Assembly (NCBI GenBank): GCA_002633005.1
Contig: NMRA01000965.1
Location: forward strand, 1 to 45,559
Length of the DNA stretch: 45,559 nt
Source of the DNA: Phoronis australis
Taxonomy: Eukaryota; Animalia; Phoronida
Reading direction: 5' to 3'
Numbering within the stretch: the stretch's first letter is position 1; each line of letters begins with the position of its first letter. This document shows positions 13,010-24,345 of this stretch, in pieces. The notes below the pieces were generated by a model, which did not search any database, had not been told where the DNA came from, and saw only the letters and a program-made list of their open reading frames with translations. Made by a program: the position numbers and the translations under genes.

Positions 13010-13525
13010 TTAAATGAGCACTAGCAACAATCGCATGTTTAGCGCAGTGCATTGCACCAACATTTATACGCTATGAAAAATAAGACGCCTAACTTCCAGA
13101 AAAACGATATTTTAATTCAATGAATTTTTTCTCTCGTGTTCTCCCACTTGTAAATCACCGATCTCCAATTTGAATGCGGGTATCGTGTTGTCGTGACCCT
13201 TTGACTTGAGCATTATAGTCAGTTACTAGAGGTAACCTACTTTAGCAGAGGATATTTTCCCGGTCGAAGCTTAGCGTGATAAAATGTGTAGTAAGCTATA
13301 ATAGTTGCTAAACCTTAATTTATAGATTCACTTTATTTCTATTCTGTTTAATTTTTCAATTGTTTTAGAGTAAAAGCATAATTTGACAAAAATAGCACGA
13401 CTTTTCTTAAAAGGTCACGACCTCCAACCCCGGGCCTCCGACATAGAAAGTAGTTACACGGCCGCGGCGAGTCGAGAAAGGTAGATCGATTCATTGCAGT
13501 GTTTCTCGTTCAGTATGTGGTATAA

Positions 13526-13689
13526 ATAGATTATTACATGTTCTCAGTCGTTATTCCCCTTATCTAGAACCCTCGTGGATTTTGTAGAATTATCACCCTC
13601 GGAGCTAACGCCCCTCGGGCGATAATTTTCCAAAATCCACTCGGGCTCCAGATAACGAGGGATAACGACTTCGCCATGTAATAATCTAT
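13526..13689. repeat. 164-bp imperfect palindrome (fold-back MITE)
   Basis: ATAGATTATTACATG...CATGTAATAATCTAT are perfect 15-bp ends; pairing continues inward (AGTCGTTAT/ATAACGACT, GTGGATTTTG/CAAAATCCAC, AATTATC/GATAATT) to a short loop near 13607. Confidence 0.85.
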
Positions 13690-15851
13690 ATTTATCTGCC
13701 ATAAATTGGTTGGTGTGACGTTATCACAAAGGCTTCTCATCATTACGCGTGTGTGTCCTTTGAAGTGGCGGTCTGACAACTGCTAGCGAAAACACCAGCC
13801 CTTTTGGGGAACTCAAACCTGCTGTAAAGCACCGGCAAAGCAGACCCTCGCAACCATTCACAATTGGCGTTATTGCTGGTAGCAAACATGCCAACAAAAA
13901 ACCGTGCCGATTTAGCCAGGCTGTGAAAGAGGTTTTGAAAATTTGGCCCTCCGTTGCATAATGTTTATATGGATAACTGTGTTATTGATGTGCTTAAAAC
14001 CACCAATTCCATATCAAAACAACAAAAATATACAAATAAAAATAAACAGAAACAAGCCCACCAGTCGAAGAGCTGTCAAATTAAAACACCTACAAGTGCT
14101 CTTTAACAAGGAGTTACGAGTACTTATTGGTCGATAAATACTACGTAGAATCGGGACAACCAATCACAACATTTGTCATCCGTCACAATGTTTAGTGTGA
14201 AAAGCCAACAGCGTCAGATTTCGACGCTCGTTTTCCCGTGGTTAATGCTAAAATTAAGAATAGCGAGGAGTTGCGTTTGCGCTGGCTGTGGCAAATCAGA
14301 ACTGTGACTCTTTGCACTTTCCTGCAGGAATGAGAGAAGTGCGGATATGGCACAAGTTTGTGCAAAAACCTCGAGCTGACGTTGAGTGAGTTCAAACGTC
14401 ACACTCATGCCCGTGCAGCTAATAAACTTTCCATTAGAACCGCCTTTCTTCTATTTTCTGGTTTTTGGATTAGTTCCAGGTTGTGCTTGTAGTAAAATGG
14501 TACTTAATACACTTTGCGACCTCCTTTGACCAACCTTCAGCAATTTTGGACAATATTTCGCAGCTTTATTTCACTGCCAGAGCGCAATTCACTTAACAAA
14601 AACTTTAGATTTGTTTTTCCCAATCTGGACATTCGTTAAATGCAGGTCTCACAAATATTCGTACATTGCACATTCCAACAAAAATGAACTTCCCCCTCTT
14701 AAGCATTTCCGTCACAAAAATACACTTTTCTGATCTTTACAGGTTCCCAACTCTTTCTCCTTCTAAATCACAAACATGGATTTGAACAGCGAAACTTGGT
14801 CAACTGTCTTATAAAAACATGCTCGCGTATTGCTGTAACATTCATCTCCATGTCACGTGCGTGCATCACCTATTTTAGTAGTTGATAATACTTTTGAAAG
14901 CCAGCTTTGATCACTAGTGTCAACACAACGCTGCTTAAAAACTCAAGACATGCAATCTTATTTTCCGCCTTTGTTGTACCACACATCCCCAAAGCCGTAT
15001 GCAAATAGCATTTTCTTTACTTCTGAAGCCCAACAATTTTTGTTGTTCTCCGCTATCTCACGTTGAACTTTGTAACTCTGTGTAATATACATCAGGGTTC
15101 GTTTTCGGTTACCATAGTCATTGTGCGTTTACCAAACTCCTCCTTTGCTGCTGCATTTGACGTATTCTTACCTAGTTAGTATATGCAGTGCTATAAAGGA
15201 ATGATTAATTATGCCAGTAGTGTCAAAACAAGGTAACTGGTGGTTTCAAGAACTTAAGACCTATACTTTCAAGGTTTAACTCGAAAATTTGAGATTTTGT
15301 TCGAACGCGTAACATGACTTGGTCTGGACACGTATTTGTGTAAACTGTAAATGTGTGATACAAAATAATGGACATCGATTAATCTTGATTTCGCACAAAA
15401 TAGAACGAAAAATGCCAAAAAGAGTTTGACTTTGAATTTGAAAATTAGATCCCGGACCACAACGCGAACAGCAAAGCATAGTTCTGTTTAATGGTGAAAT
15501 TGGACTCCTCTCTAACGGAATGATTAGAAAAATGCCAAATCATAAAGTACATTGTGCTAGAATTAGTATTGGTGCATGACGCACAGTGTCGCCTGCAGCA
15601 CAGGTTGTCGCCGGCAATGCAAACTATCGCAAAGAAAAATTGGGCGGCAACATTTTGAAACATAGATTTATTTCGGATATCTGTTTTCCCCTTCTCATGA
15701 GCCTAAAACAACAACTGTAAGAAAATACATAACGGGGTACTTAAAACAAGGACATGAATAAAATTGTGTTTGCATAATTTACTATGAAACAAAGGAATTA
15801 TTGTCCTGCAAAAAATACTTTCTTGAGCTTGAACTCGGAGATATTCCTCAC

Positions 15852-16019
15852 CTAAGCTCGTTGACATATCCACTTCTCGAACCATGAGCCTCGCGTAGGT
15901 GTTTGACGCGAACACAGTCTGTGAATTATAAGCACTATTTCCCGTGTAACCATCACAGTTACGTACGTAGACATCAATAGTGACGTCACCGGCCGCCAGC
16001 CCTTTGCATATACCGTCAA
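15852..16019 (-). CDS. Exon C1 of the tandem CTHRC1-C-domain gene (end of first domain)
   Basis: ttttttctgttttag|TT...TTAG|gtgagg; 168 nt, phase 1>1; (V)DGICKGLAAGDVTIDVYVRNCDGYTGNSAYNSQTVFASNTYARLMVREVDMSTSL, paralogous to exon C2. Confidence 0.88.
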   Translation of the reverse strand: MTVYAKGWRPVTSLLMSTYVTVMVTREIVLIIHRLCSRQTPTRGSWFEKWICQRA

Positions 16020-17948
16020 CTAAAACAGAAAAAAGGTAGTTCGTTCAATCATTTCCAGTTCATAAGCATGCCCTTGATCTCTGAAAAAGTGCTTAAACTT
16101 AATGCAAATTGAAAAGTGAACGCAGTCACCCACGGTCTAGGACTTAAGAGTAAGGCCAAGACTAATAATACGATAGACGTAAATTCCCGTATGCCGTAAT
16201 AATGTATTCGTTATACTTCGAGTCAATTATAATGGAAATTTTTAACTGCTAGGCTGGCTGGAAAGGTTGAGGTTTGTACTGCGTGTAAAGGTCAAGGCTG
16301 GCATTTACTTAAGTTTTATCCTTTTCTCAATGAACGAAAGAAAGTTGTTGACGGTATTAAACATTTTTACTCTGTCTAGGTTTCTCATAAACGTGAAATT
16401 GCACGCTCAGTCAAAACAAAACGATGTAAAATGATTAAAGTCAATGCTTTTCATAGACTACAATATAATAATTATTTAACTCTTATTAAGGTATAATTAT
16501 CGGAATTTTCTGAACGCGCGGAGAATGTGGTACATGAATTTCAACGGAAAGCGGACGATTATAGCACTGCGTTTGTCCATATGATAACGGATCGAGCGAA
16601 AAACATTTCTCTGACCGCCATCGCTGGGGTATGAATTCTTCATCCCTGTTTTCAGAATTTTCTGATAACGAAATTGTTATAGTACATCTACACACCTGCA
16701 TTCATTTAAACTGTTTTAACGTGCACGATCTGATTCTCCCGAGGCGCAAGTCATCCAGTAACGTACAATCGGCCGAGTCAGTCAGAGACTCGTAATTACA
16801 ATCGCCTGGGTATTATTTTGTGGATCAATAAGTTTTTGTTGTTTAAAATCAGCATCTTTCACGAATTTTATTTACATAGTTTTTCCGTAAGGGAATCTAA
16901 GCATTTGGTACATCTTTAACAATTGTAATTTTGCATCCTCTGTTTGGTCTAAAGTGGAATTAATGTATCAAAGGATTACAGTATGCCGTATATCGTTTAA
17001 TGACGGAATGTTGAAAAGTTCATTTTCCACTAGAATTGACTATTGACTATTAGATGAAAGGTATGCCCTTTTAGCCTATTATTTACATGGCCTTTTGTTG
17101 TATGGGTCCCCAGGGGTATGTTTCATGAAAGTGACTTTTAAGTCTTAAAAGACTTTAGACAGAAAATTTGTCTTACGCTCCCCATAAAAATTTCGAAAAA
17201 ATAATCGAAACTCAATTTAGAAAAGAACACAGTATCTGAGAATATAACCATAACTGTTTCTTACTGAGAAAATCTGTATTAGTTATTTTCAAGCAGTGAT
17301 ATGCTCATAATTAAACGACTAAACCTTTATTTGACAGCTGTGATGCGGGGACGTCAATTGTATGCGTACATGTATAAGGAGGTTACAATATTAAAGTCAT
17401 AGTTATTTTTTCAGTTGACCATTAGTAATTTTGGTAACTTAACAAGTTTCTGCAATTGACTAGGATGTTTAAATTCAATGTATATAGTTTTACTAGTTTA
17501 TACATAAATTCATAGAAATAAAACCTCGGGGTTACCAGTCACGTGAATCGAATACAAGAGTGTCATCATTTACTTAACAACAGAAAGAGGGAGAAAGTAC
17601 TAGCGTTCAGGTCAAATTTGAGGGATTTCATTATCTCATTGTTCCTTACTGGAGGGGCCGCTAACGTCGAACAAGTTTTAAACCTCCCAATAATGTAATG
17701 TCACCATTTGTCACGTGTTATATTCAATCTATCCGTTCTTGCTACCAAAAATCGGGTTTAATCTACATCACCCATCCCATCGACACCTGTTTATGAACTG
17801 CTTTATACAGCATAGACATCTATTTTGGGAAACCTCCCAACACTGTCGTAAGACTTCCGATGCAGAAACGGAAGTCGAGGTTTGGACCGCACACAGTGAC
17901 TTATTTTTACTAGTCTGAAAGTTGAGGAAAGAACTTAGGACCATTTAC

Positions 17949-18153
17949 CTTCTTCAACTTTGATATAGTTGAGGGCCAAGTTACTCTCGTAATGTAGGAT
18001 GTCTATTACATCAGATGCGGGGCACTTTGCTCCGTTGAACTTAAAGTAAAGAGTTCCACAACACGCTGAAGTACATCCTTTGGCTCCACGAAAATCGGTT
18101 AGTAATGTCACATGCAGACCAGATGTAGATGATTTTTTCGGATAAACCCTTGT
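17949..18153 (-). CDS. Exon B1 of the tandem CTHRC1-C-domain gene (core of first domain)
   Basis: atcttccag|ACA...GAAG|gtaaat; 205 nt, phase 0>1; TRVYPKKSSTSGLHVTLLTDFRGAKGCTSACCGTLYFKFNGAKCPASDVIDILHY retains the CTHRC1 C-x-x-A-C-C-x-x-x-Y-F-x-F-N-G-A-x-C signature. Confidence 0.9.
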
Positions 18154-18182
18154 CTGGAAGATATAGTTATATATATGGAAGA

Positions 18183-18250
18183 GATATATATATATACATA
18201 TATATATATATACATATACATATACATATGCATATGCATATACATATATT
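18183..18250. repeat. (TA)n/(CATATA)n microsatellite, intronic
   Basis: Directly visible. Confidence 0.9.
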
Positions 18251-18454
18251 TGTACCAGTATACTCGTTTGCTTGGTATACAATATTCTTGTTAACCACGG
18301 TCTTGGAAACAAGTTTGTTCCAGATCCAATGCATTCTGAAATTGACACCGTTCTGGAGATTTCCCAAGACTGAGGACCGACCCCAAAACTATTCGTATTA
18401 CACCTGAAGTACTTAACATTCGTTGGAGAACTGTGTAGCCAGTTCAATACGTAC

Positions 18455-18564
18455 CTGCAGTTTATATTCTGTTGCGTGGTCGGTCGTCCAGGCTTGATTT
18501 GTCTTTCCAATATAAAACTGCCGAATATTGCCCATCAGCTCCTCGGAACAATCGTCCTCTTGGG
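18455..18564 (-). CDS. Exon A1 of the tandem CTHRC1-C-domain gene (start of first domain)
   Basis: attattttcag|CC...CAG|gtacgt; 110 nt; the only open frame is phase 1>0: QEDDCSEELMGNIRQFYIGKTNQAWTTDHATEYKLQ; N-I-R-Q aligns with N-V-K-Q of exon A2, and C-S-x5-N spacing is shared. Confidence 0.7.
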
Positions 18565-21500
18565 CTGAAAATAATGAAAAACGTGATAATGGCCGTTGTG
18601 TACAAATTTCACAATTATGCATTTAGTCTCGTGTATGGCTTGTGGTTGCTTCTGCTCGTCCCGTATTCGCAAAAATCGCACAAAGTTGATGTGATCATGT
18701 CCTTCATCAGTAACGGTTAGGTAAGAGTGTTATCTTGTGTGACATTCGGATGCGGTATTTGTAGACAAAAAACATGACATCTTCAGGTATTTCGGGGATC
18801 AAAAACAATGCCAAACGTCCATTTCTGGTTTTCGTAACTTCATCTGTTACCCTTTGTCGTAAACTGCCCCTTTGCCGAATAAGCGGACGTGCGAAATGTC
18901 GTCCATTCACACAACCTGTTGTTCAGCAGATCTACTGTACGTGCAAGTGAACCGACTTGAGGACAAGACGGTCTTGCCACCTTTTTGCTGCATGCTTCGG
19001 TTGTGATACATGTTTTTGCATTTTCACGAGATTAATGAGTCCACGGAACGCTCAATGCACGTACATTCCCGATTTTGTTCTATATCGTTTCTCCTGGTCA
19101 CCTAATATATACCGTACATGTATGTGTTTTTAAAACTTTATGCGAACGAACCGTTTCCCACAACCCAATGATCTTGTGTTGTCGCCATCTGGGGGGCTCC
19201 AGCACCCCAGCCCTCTATGGTTCGCCGCCCATGACTTGACGAGAACTGTAAAGCATACTTGTACTGTTAAGAACCAGCGACCTCTTAGCAATCGTTTTTG
19301 GCAGCCGCACTGAAGGAAACTGCATCCGTGGAGACGTCAGTAACAGCCAAAGTAATGTGTTTAAATTAAGTATGCGCAATACCGTTTCGTTTTCAAACTG
19401 CATCACAGTTCAATACGCGATAAAAACAAAAAAACGTTTGCAATATATGTATATAATGATGCAACGTACGTGGTGATATCCGTGAATTATTTCATTGAGA
19501 CTCATAGTGTGCAAGGCTACTTGAACAACTAACATACTTTTGAAAATGCAAAATCACCGAATCTATTGCATATGGAACTTAACGGTACATAGTGAAAGAA
19601 TGCTTTACGTGGTCGACTTGAAAATAAAACTAACATGATGAGACTTTAAGACGGGCGACTTTTTTTCGCAAACTTACGACAGGAACTCAGAATAGTATGT
19701 CTGTCGCTTGCTGTCTCATACGACGCAGAATGTAAATGATATGCTTTTCTGGGTGTGTAAAATCCAACTGCATGCATAAAACTCATAAACTTTCAATTCA
19801 TCACCTTTTCTTTAAAGTGTAAACGTCTGCTTGTTCTGTCGTGTTAGCGTATGAGTGCTGTTGACCAATCGAGGTCACTGAAGTCATTTGTTTCTTGGAC
19901 ATTTTAATTAGTTTTCATCCTGCCACTACTCTTCAACTAATTTCCAAACAAAACACCTTTGCGACTCATCTTGGTGTGCTATTTGGGTGTTGCTGATATT
20001 TAGTGTTTACATTTCATGTTAAGTAACACCAGCTTAGAGATGAAAGTACGTTTGTAGTCTATAAAGCTCTTCGGGATTACCGCAGTGAAATAACCATCGT
20101 AATACCGATTACCAATAGCTTTTTAATAAATGGAAGAACGATACAATGCTTCAACTGTTAACAATTTTGGCTGAGAATCTTATGCTGATATGCTTCTCAA
20201 AAACTGATCTCGAGTCTTTATATAATATTGCCTTTAAACAGATTGAACAGAATGTGATTAAAATACAGAACTTTGCATTCAGTTAAACATGTGCCTTCTT
20301 AAGAACGTTTTATAACTTGCATTACATCAATATAACATTTATGATACTCTAGTCTGCACTTCGTTTGCCATTTCACAGTTATTGCATTGGTGATTAAAAG
20401 GGAAGTCGTCGGGGGATGGGGAGGTAGTAGTTCACTCTAAGACTGCTTTTGGAAGAGGAAGCATCTGCACACATCTTGGCAAGAAGTGACGTGAATGAAT
20501 ATAAAGTTCCCAGGAAATTTTGCAGATCGACGCGGATCGATCGTGTATTTTTTCTCAGAGACTAAATCACAGTTGTGCGTCTGGCATTAAAAGGTATTTC
20601 GTGATGTTCACAATTTGTCAGCTTTAGATCACGTGATCGGAAGATAGCGGTAAAATGAGATTTCGGGTCGCTGAGGGCATGGCTATCTTCACGGTCCACT
20701 GTCTGCAAAACTGCTTTGCAAATAGAATTTATAATCTGTTTTTTTTTTCATCAAATAAAGCATGGTCTTAATGGAGTGTCATTTTAAACACAGTTGTTCA
20801 AACTAAGCTACTTCATTCTGATCAACACGCCATGAAGTCTATAGACACCGGATGTATATCTCCCTCTGCAGTTCATACTATATGTGCGAATGAATGCTGC
20901 CTATATAGTCGTCGATGAGTTCAAAGTACTGTCTCTTTTTCTCTTATTGTGTACTTGCAAATGACGATATTGGCAAAGCAGATGCATGCGTTAACAAATT
21001 AAAACGCTAAGAACCCGCTAACCAGTGTAGCCGTTTGCCTCTTATTTAAATAAACATTAATACTTTTGATCTAACAAATGCAACTGTGTTTATATTGATT
21101 TGATTTCCACGCGCCACTGCCGACGCAGAGTTAAGAGCTCAATGCTGTATGCCTCGAGGCTTTACAGGAGCTTGTAGACAAGTCCGTAGATTTAGCCCAC
21201 TAAAACTAGATGTTTTCTGCAAGTATAATCCCTGTGGAATTTGATTGTTGACTTCTATTTATATTCCATTCATTTCGTCACGTGACCATACCTTTTCAGT
21301 AACATTCTTGGAAAAATAAACACACATTCATAGCAAAGCAAGAGTAGCAATAACACGGCCAAGCATCGGTTGATATAAAGGTTCAAGATGAGATCTCTGC
21401 CACAGTTTGATAAAATATTTATTCGCTTTTGTTTCTGGGAACCTGAGAGTTTTTCATGAAAATCACGAATCAAAGCACTATATTTTAGATTGTATAAACT

Positions 21501-22608
21501 TGGCCCCTACCACAACCTGGTGTACATCGTCAATATATTTGTACACAGATCGCGGTATGTAGAATCCTTCGAAATCAAGAACACTGGTCCAGCTTCTTTT
21601 GTGTGGATCGAGCAAGGCAAATACCGCATATTAAGCAATCACTTCAAAATAAGAAGCTGGCTGAATTAAACTTAAATATTGTGGACTAAAATTGGTAATT
21701 GTTCAATACGCTTGACTTCTAAAATTGAGTTCCCGTGATACCAGTTGATGAAAGTAGTTCCACTACATTGTAGGTACCTGGAAAAACTAATTTAATTTAG
21801 GACTTGTGCCGGAGCCCTAATATTGTTCAGTCGTGAGACAGCTTCACAGTAGATTGGGTAGTAATCCCATATTGAAAACCAATTCCGGTGGAAGTTGAAA
21901 CTGTACGAGAACTATGTGTAATGTAAACTTTCATTCAAATTCTATGATCAGCCATTTGTGAGACATGATGCTCCGAAGTAAGACAAAGTTGGACATTTGC
22001 CTAGAGTCCTATATAACCTGAAGTGAAAGATAGTTGAACCAATAGCGGATGCCAAATCGATGTCCATTGAACGTGACCAGTGAATTGTTGATTCAATTCA
22101 TGTCTCATTTCAACGCCTTGACGCGAACTGTTAGCTCTACAATCATTTACTCGAGGCACACATATGAGCTCGTATACTATCCGTTTACGGTTGCCATAAC
22201 CCCTGTTTACACAGTGCTGCAGCGTACAAATCGTAGGGTAGGTGTTTTTACAACACAAATTGAGATGAAAAGTCGAAAACGATTTCTCGGTCAAAAATGC
22301 ATTTTTCTCAAAGTAGAAATGTTCTGGAATTTGAAAAATGCACAATCATAGCAAAACAACGATATGACCCAGTTCCGCTTGGTATCAATGTTCACGATGT
22401 TACAGTTTGCTAAGTTATCACTTCGTTTTGGTTTTATGGAACTCCTGTAGTTATAAACAGCTTGGTAGAATTGTGGAAGGAGACTGAAACACTGCCACGG
22501 AAATGGCCGAAAATAGTGCGTCGTAACTTCTTGGGAGGAAGCGGTTTTTATGCCTCTTTTTACTTCTACAATGACCACGACGTTGTGTGGAAAATGACAA
22601 CATACCAA

Positions 22609-23100
22609 ACTGGAAAGATAATTGTCACGGCATGACAATAATGGACTCTGCGCGTGTGTATTACACGAATTGTTATGGGAAGTTACTGACAGCAACCCCT
22701 TCACCAATGATCATGAAAGGTATAGCTCAAAAATCACTTTTGCACCTAATGACCTTTGACCTGGAAACTCGGTTCCCTTGGTCCAATTTGAAATCCGTGT
22801 AAATTTCTGATGCACTTCCTTAGTCCCTACTTATTAACGCAATTCGAAGAGTCTATCTAAAAACTGTAGAAGTAGAATTGACCCGTTTCAGGTCATCCTA
22901 GTGTATTTAGGGTCGAAAAAATATTATCAATATAAATCCCTTAACTACCTTATCAATAACAATGAATATTATTGTTCTAAATGAATGAATGTAAGAGTAA
23001 TAACAATATGAAAAGGAAGGAAGAAGAAGAATAAGAATAATAAGAATAAGAAGATAAAATACGAAGAACAGTAAAACTCTGCGCTTGAACGCGCAGAGTA
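22609..23100 (-). mobile_element. Helentron/HINE (DINE-1-like) non-autonomous element, short copy
   Basis: Left end: stem-loop ATTGTCA..TGACAAT then subTIR ACTCTGCGC. Right end: (AAG/AAT) microsatellite then ACTCTGCGC ttgaac GCGCAGAGT hairpin. TGACCTTTGACC core motif. Confidence 0.7.
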
Positions 23101-24345
23101 ACTAGAAAGATTATTGTCACGGCCTGACAATAATGGACTCTGCGCGTGCGTATTAAAGGAACTGTTACGGGAAGTTACTGACAGCAACCCGTTTACCAAT
23201 ATGAAAAGGAATTCTTTAAAATTGTAGGAGAAATTACATATCAATATTTGATGACCTTTCCACTAATTGACCTATTCCGGTGCATTATGAGCCCCGATGA
23301 GGGAGTAATTGTTAACTCGATTAAAAGTGTGGTTAATGCTAATAATCACAGATGTTTTACTTTAAGCACTTCAGTATACAAGATGAATGAAGTGGTCAAA
23401 CTTTCAGAAGAAAAATGCACCTAATGACCCATGGGTGCACCAAATGACCTGAAAATTTAGAATTCAAACGCAATCGCACTTAGTAAACAGATACGTAATT
23501 CTGACGTCTCTAACTCAAAATTTTAGTTCGCACTCAATGACCTTTGACCTATTTTTGCTGATTGGTTAGGCCTATTGCAAAGTAAAGTAGGTTATTCAAT
23601 TGGCATGTTGACTTACACCAGTGTGCTGAAATTGAAAAGAATTCCTTGAAAAAGGTAAGACATATAACATTTTGAACGTTACTTGACCTTTGCACTAATT
23701 GACCTGATCCGGTGCAATTCAAGCATCTTTAGGAGAATTATTGCAAAGCCCATGGAAAATGTGTTTAACGCTGAGAATCACAGTTGTCTAACGGTTGACA
23801 CATCAGAAAACTTGCTGATTGAAAAGGTCAAATTTTCAGAAGAAAAATGCACTTAATGACCCCATGTTTGCACTAAATGACCTGCAACTTTGGATTCCGA
23901 TTTGATTTACCTGTGACAATCTGACTTGTCAATTTGAAGTGTCTAGCTCAAAATTTTAGTTTGCACCTAATGACCTTTGACATATTTCACCTGATTGGAT
24001 GACTTAGAAAAGTAATTTCTTAAATTGTCATGTTGACTTATACCTATGCACCAAATTTGAAAAAAATAGCTTTGAAACTGAAGGAGGAGTAGCATTTTGA
24101 AAATTATGTGACCTTTGCACCAAACGACCTTATCCGGTGCAATATGGAATATGATTATATAACCAATCAAAATTTATATACTGTCAAAATTTATTTGCTG
24201 AATTTAAAGACCGTACCTGCACCCAATTTGGAGTTATTAAGCCTCAAAGTTGATCGGAAGAAGAATAAGAATAAGAAGAATAAGAAGAATAAAATTGAAG
24301 AAAACCCAGGAACAACAGTACTCTGCGCTTGTAAGCGCAGAGTAA
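23101..24345 (-). mobile_element. Helentron/HINE (DINE-1-like) non-autonomous element, long copy with ~430-bp internal tandem repeats
   Basis: ATTATTGTCA cggcc TGACAATAAT stem-loop + ACTCTGCGC at left; AAGAAT microsatellite + TACTCTGCGCTT gt AAGCGCAGAGTA at 24319-24344; tgaccttt.cac.aa..gacct..tccggtgca recurs at ~23252, ~23685 and ~24109. Confidence 0.75.

Noticed and set aside
14190-14900. Possible decayed Cys-rich transposon protein (…ICETC…)
   Set aside because: Many stops and only a single CxxC-like hint; not supportable by eye.
18255-18403. Open segment CNTNSFGVGPQSWEISRTVSISEC... in frame with exon B1, faintly like a CTHRC1 domain end
   Set aside because: Splicing exon A1 (phase 0) to its acceptor gives an immediate GTG TAA stop, while A1 joins B1 directly in frame. 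Treated as intron unless RNA data show otherwise.
17935-18510. 191-aa ORF taken as a single-exon protein
   Set aside because: It reads through a TA microsatellite (YVYVYIYI); only 17949-18153 has domain similarity and splice sites.
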